Below, piece by piece: positions 62,212 to 64,000 of a DNA stretch of 64,000 bases (its first letter is position 1; every line of letters begins with the position of its first letter). Source of the stretch: Carcharhinus longimanus (taxonomy: Eukaryota); the NCBI GenBank assembly GCA_030264375.1, contig JASCQW010000081.1, positions 71,905,233-71,969,232 on the forward strand, in the 5' to 3' direction. The position numbers and the translations under genes are program-made. The notes under the pieces are model-generated. The model had not been told where the DNA came from and did not search any database. It saw only the letters and a program-made list of their open reading frames with translations.

Positions 62212-64000
62212 TGGTTGGTGGACACTACTCATGCGCTGACCTGGTCTTGTGTTTTGTTTGGGTATCGGTTTCCTTGGCCTCTAGGCTTTTAAAATATAAT
62301 TTCATGGGATGGGGCAGCATTTAATGCCCATTCCCGAATTGCCCTTGAGCTAAGTGGCTTGCTACGCCATTTCAGAAGGCAATTAAGAGTCATTGCTGTG
62401 GGTCTGGAATCATGTGTGGGCCAGATCAGAAAAGGACTGGAGATTTATTTCCCTAAAGGATCCAGATGACTTTTTACAACAATGGGCAATGGTTTCATGA
62501 TCATCGTTAGACTTTTAATTCCAGCTTTTTATTGAATTGAAATTTCACCATCTGCCATGGTCCCCAGAGCATTACCCAGCATCTCTGGATTGCTAGTCCT
62601 GTGATAATACCACTATTCACTGCCTCACCTTGCCCTTTTGTTGCTTTATGAGCTGGACAGTTGGATTTGCAATGTACCACATTTACCTGCCCCACACAAA
62701 ATGGATCAATTTTGCTGGTGGGCTGTTCAATTGTCTGACTATTAGGTCTTTTTTAGATTGGAGTACACCCAAAAGAGCATTATTGGCCACTCACACTAAT
62801 ATTTGGTCTTTTTATGAGCTCTGACTTAAAGTCACATTATCACAGCCTTCAGACGATCATTTATGAAAGAGTTTATGTGTTCCCCAGGCTTTTGGACTCC
62901 CTTGCTAAAGGTTTCTTGTTCCAAAGTTTTATTGCTTCTCAGGTTAAAGTACTTCACAGGACTTCATGATTTTTTTCAAAGTTATCAGGCTATGCATCTG
63001 TTCCTAGTCTGCCAATTATGTTGCTGACTATTGGACCTATTTAATGTAATGGTGTATATGACACTCTGTATTCATTTGTTTAGCCTCTGTTTTCTTGTTC
63101 AAACCTGATGCTATCATATATCTTAAAAATCTTCTTCAATTTTGCATCTAGCCTGGCCCTTCCATCTGCCTTAGTTGGTCTGGTAGCCATCCATGGCTGT
63201 TTTTAGCAAAGGGGAACACAGTTTTTATTTTTATTTTACATGGCATGACAATAATCATTTTCTTTTCTCTTCCTCTGTTTGGGATTTGGTGGACTCCTAT
63301 CGCAGTTATGGAGCCATTTTAAACTTCAGAGATTCTTAAGAAATCTTTTGAATTTCGCATTAAAGCTGGCTAGTTGCTTTCCTGAGCTCAAGGAATCAAT
63401 CTGAAGGTGATTTTTTTTTTTACTCTGACGTCTCTTTAAATGTTTTTTTCCCCCCATTTGCCTGCAGCCACCACATGATATGGTGCTTACTTTAGGTCCT
63501 GGCTGCAGTATTTTCAAGACGTGCCTGTTAAAACAATCAGTTCACCAGTGCTGCATTTAACAGTGTATTTAAGCCCATTTCTTTTGAAGCTTGCTCACCC
63601 TTTTGCCGGCATCTCCACATCTTCTGCAATCTGCTCAGGTCCTTTGACTCCACTTTCAATCAGGTCTCACAGAGGATTGACATACTCTGTTGGAGTCCTT
63701 TTACGCTACATAGTAGATTTTTTTGCACTTCAGCCTCCACACCTGCAATGAAGCTTCTTAGGTGATCTGTGGCTGTCTCTCCAAGCTCTTCTGCTTAGGC
63801 CAAACTGCAATTTCTTTAGTTTTCATCCTTAGGGATTTTGAGATCCTTCAACTACTGTTGTCTCATGAAGGGTTTTATATGGTTGAACAATAACTGTTCA
63901 TTATAACATCTAACATTATACATATAGGCAGAATAAGTTCTTTTTCAATGCTTTTTCAAGATGACGCCTGAGTGTGGCAACTTCTTGCAAGCTGTGCCCA

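Larger units (their letters stand above)
785..64000 (+). other. Presumed very long ASTN1 intron (no downstream exon recognised)
   Basis: No segment resembling the expected next exons ([29 protein letters not shown]..., ALSNALHSLDGATSR...) was found by eye or in the ORF track. One could be hidden in an N gap or overlooked. Confidence 0.6.

Noticed and set aside
62672-62700. 'MYHI' match to the next ASTN1 exon
   Set aside because: Flanking residues and splice sites do not fit.

Overview
Eukaryotic, repeat-rich genomic DNA from a draft assembly with 7 N-gaps. It is almost certainly from a shark or other elasmobranch, judged by the HE1-type V-SINEs, CR1/HER1-type LINEs and DeuSINE relics. The only recognisable host coding sequence is one 128-nt internal exon of astrotactin-1 (ASTN1) at 657-784 (+). 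The remaining ~63 kb looks like the following intron, filled with SINEs, CR1/L2/RTE/Rex1 LINE fragments, Penelope-like element (PLE) remnants carrying hammerhead-ribozyme motifs, Harbinger- and Tigger-like MITEs, a probable solo LTR and minisatellites. Nearly all listed ORFs are TE-derived or chance. Best leads: (i) a 25-bp minisatellite (10891-12088) interrupted three times by PLE pieces, one starting at the predicted hammerhead cleavage site; (ii) an intact minimal hammerhead core at 23562-23603; (iii) one V-SINE head carrying two different LINE-like tails (CR1 and Rex1-like); (iv) repeated MITE insertion at nearly the same spot of a PLE-derived repeat; (v) a nuclear-receptor element cluster with a perfect DR4; (vi) an old ~440-bp foldback. 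Family names come from recalled consensus features, not database searches, and TE boundaries are approximate unless TSDs are quoted.
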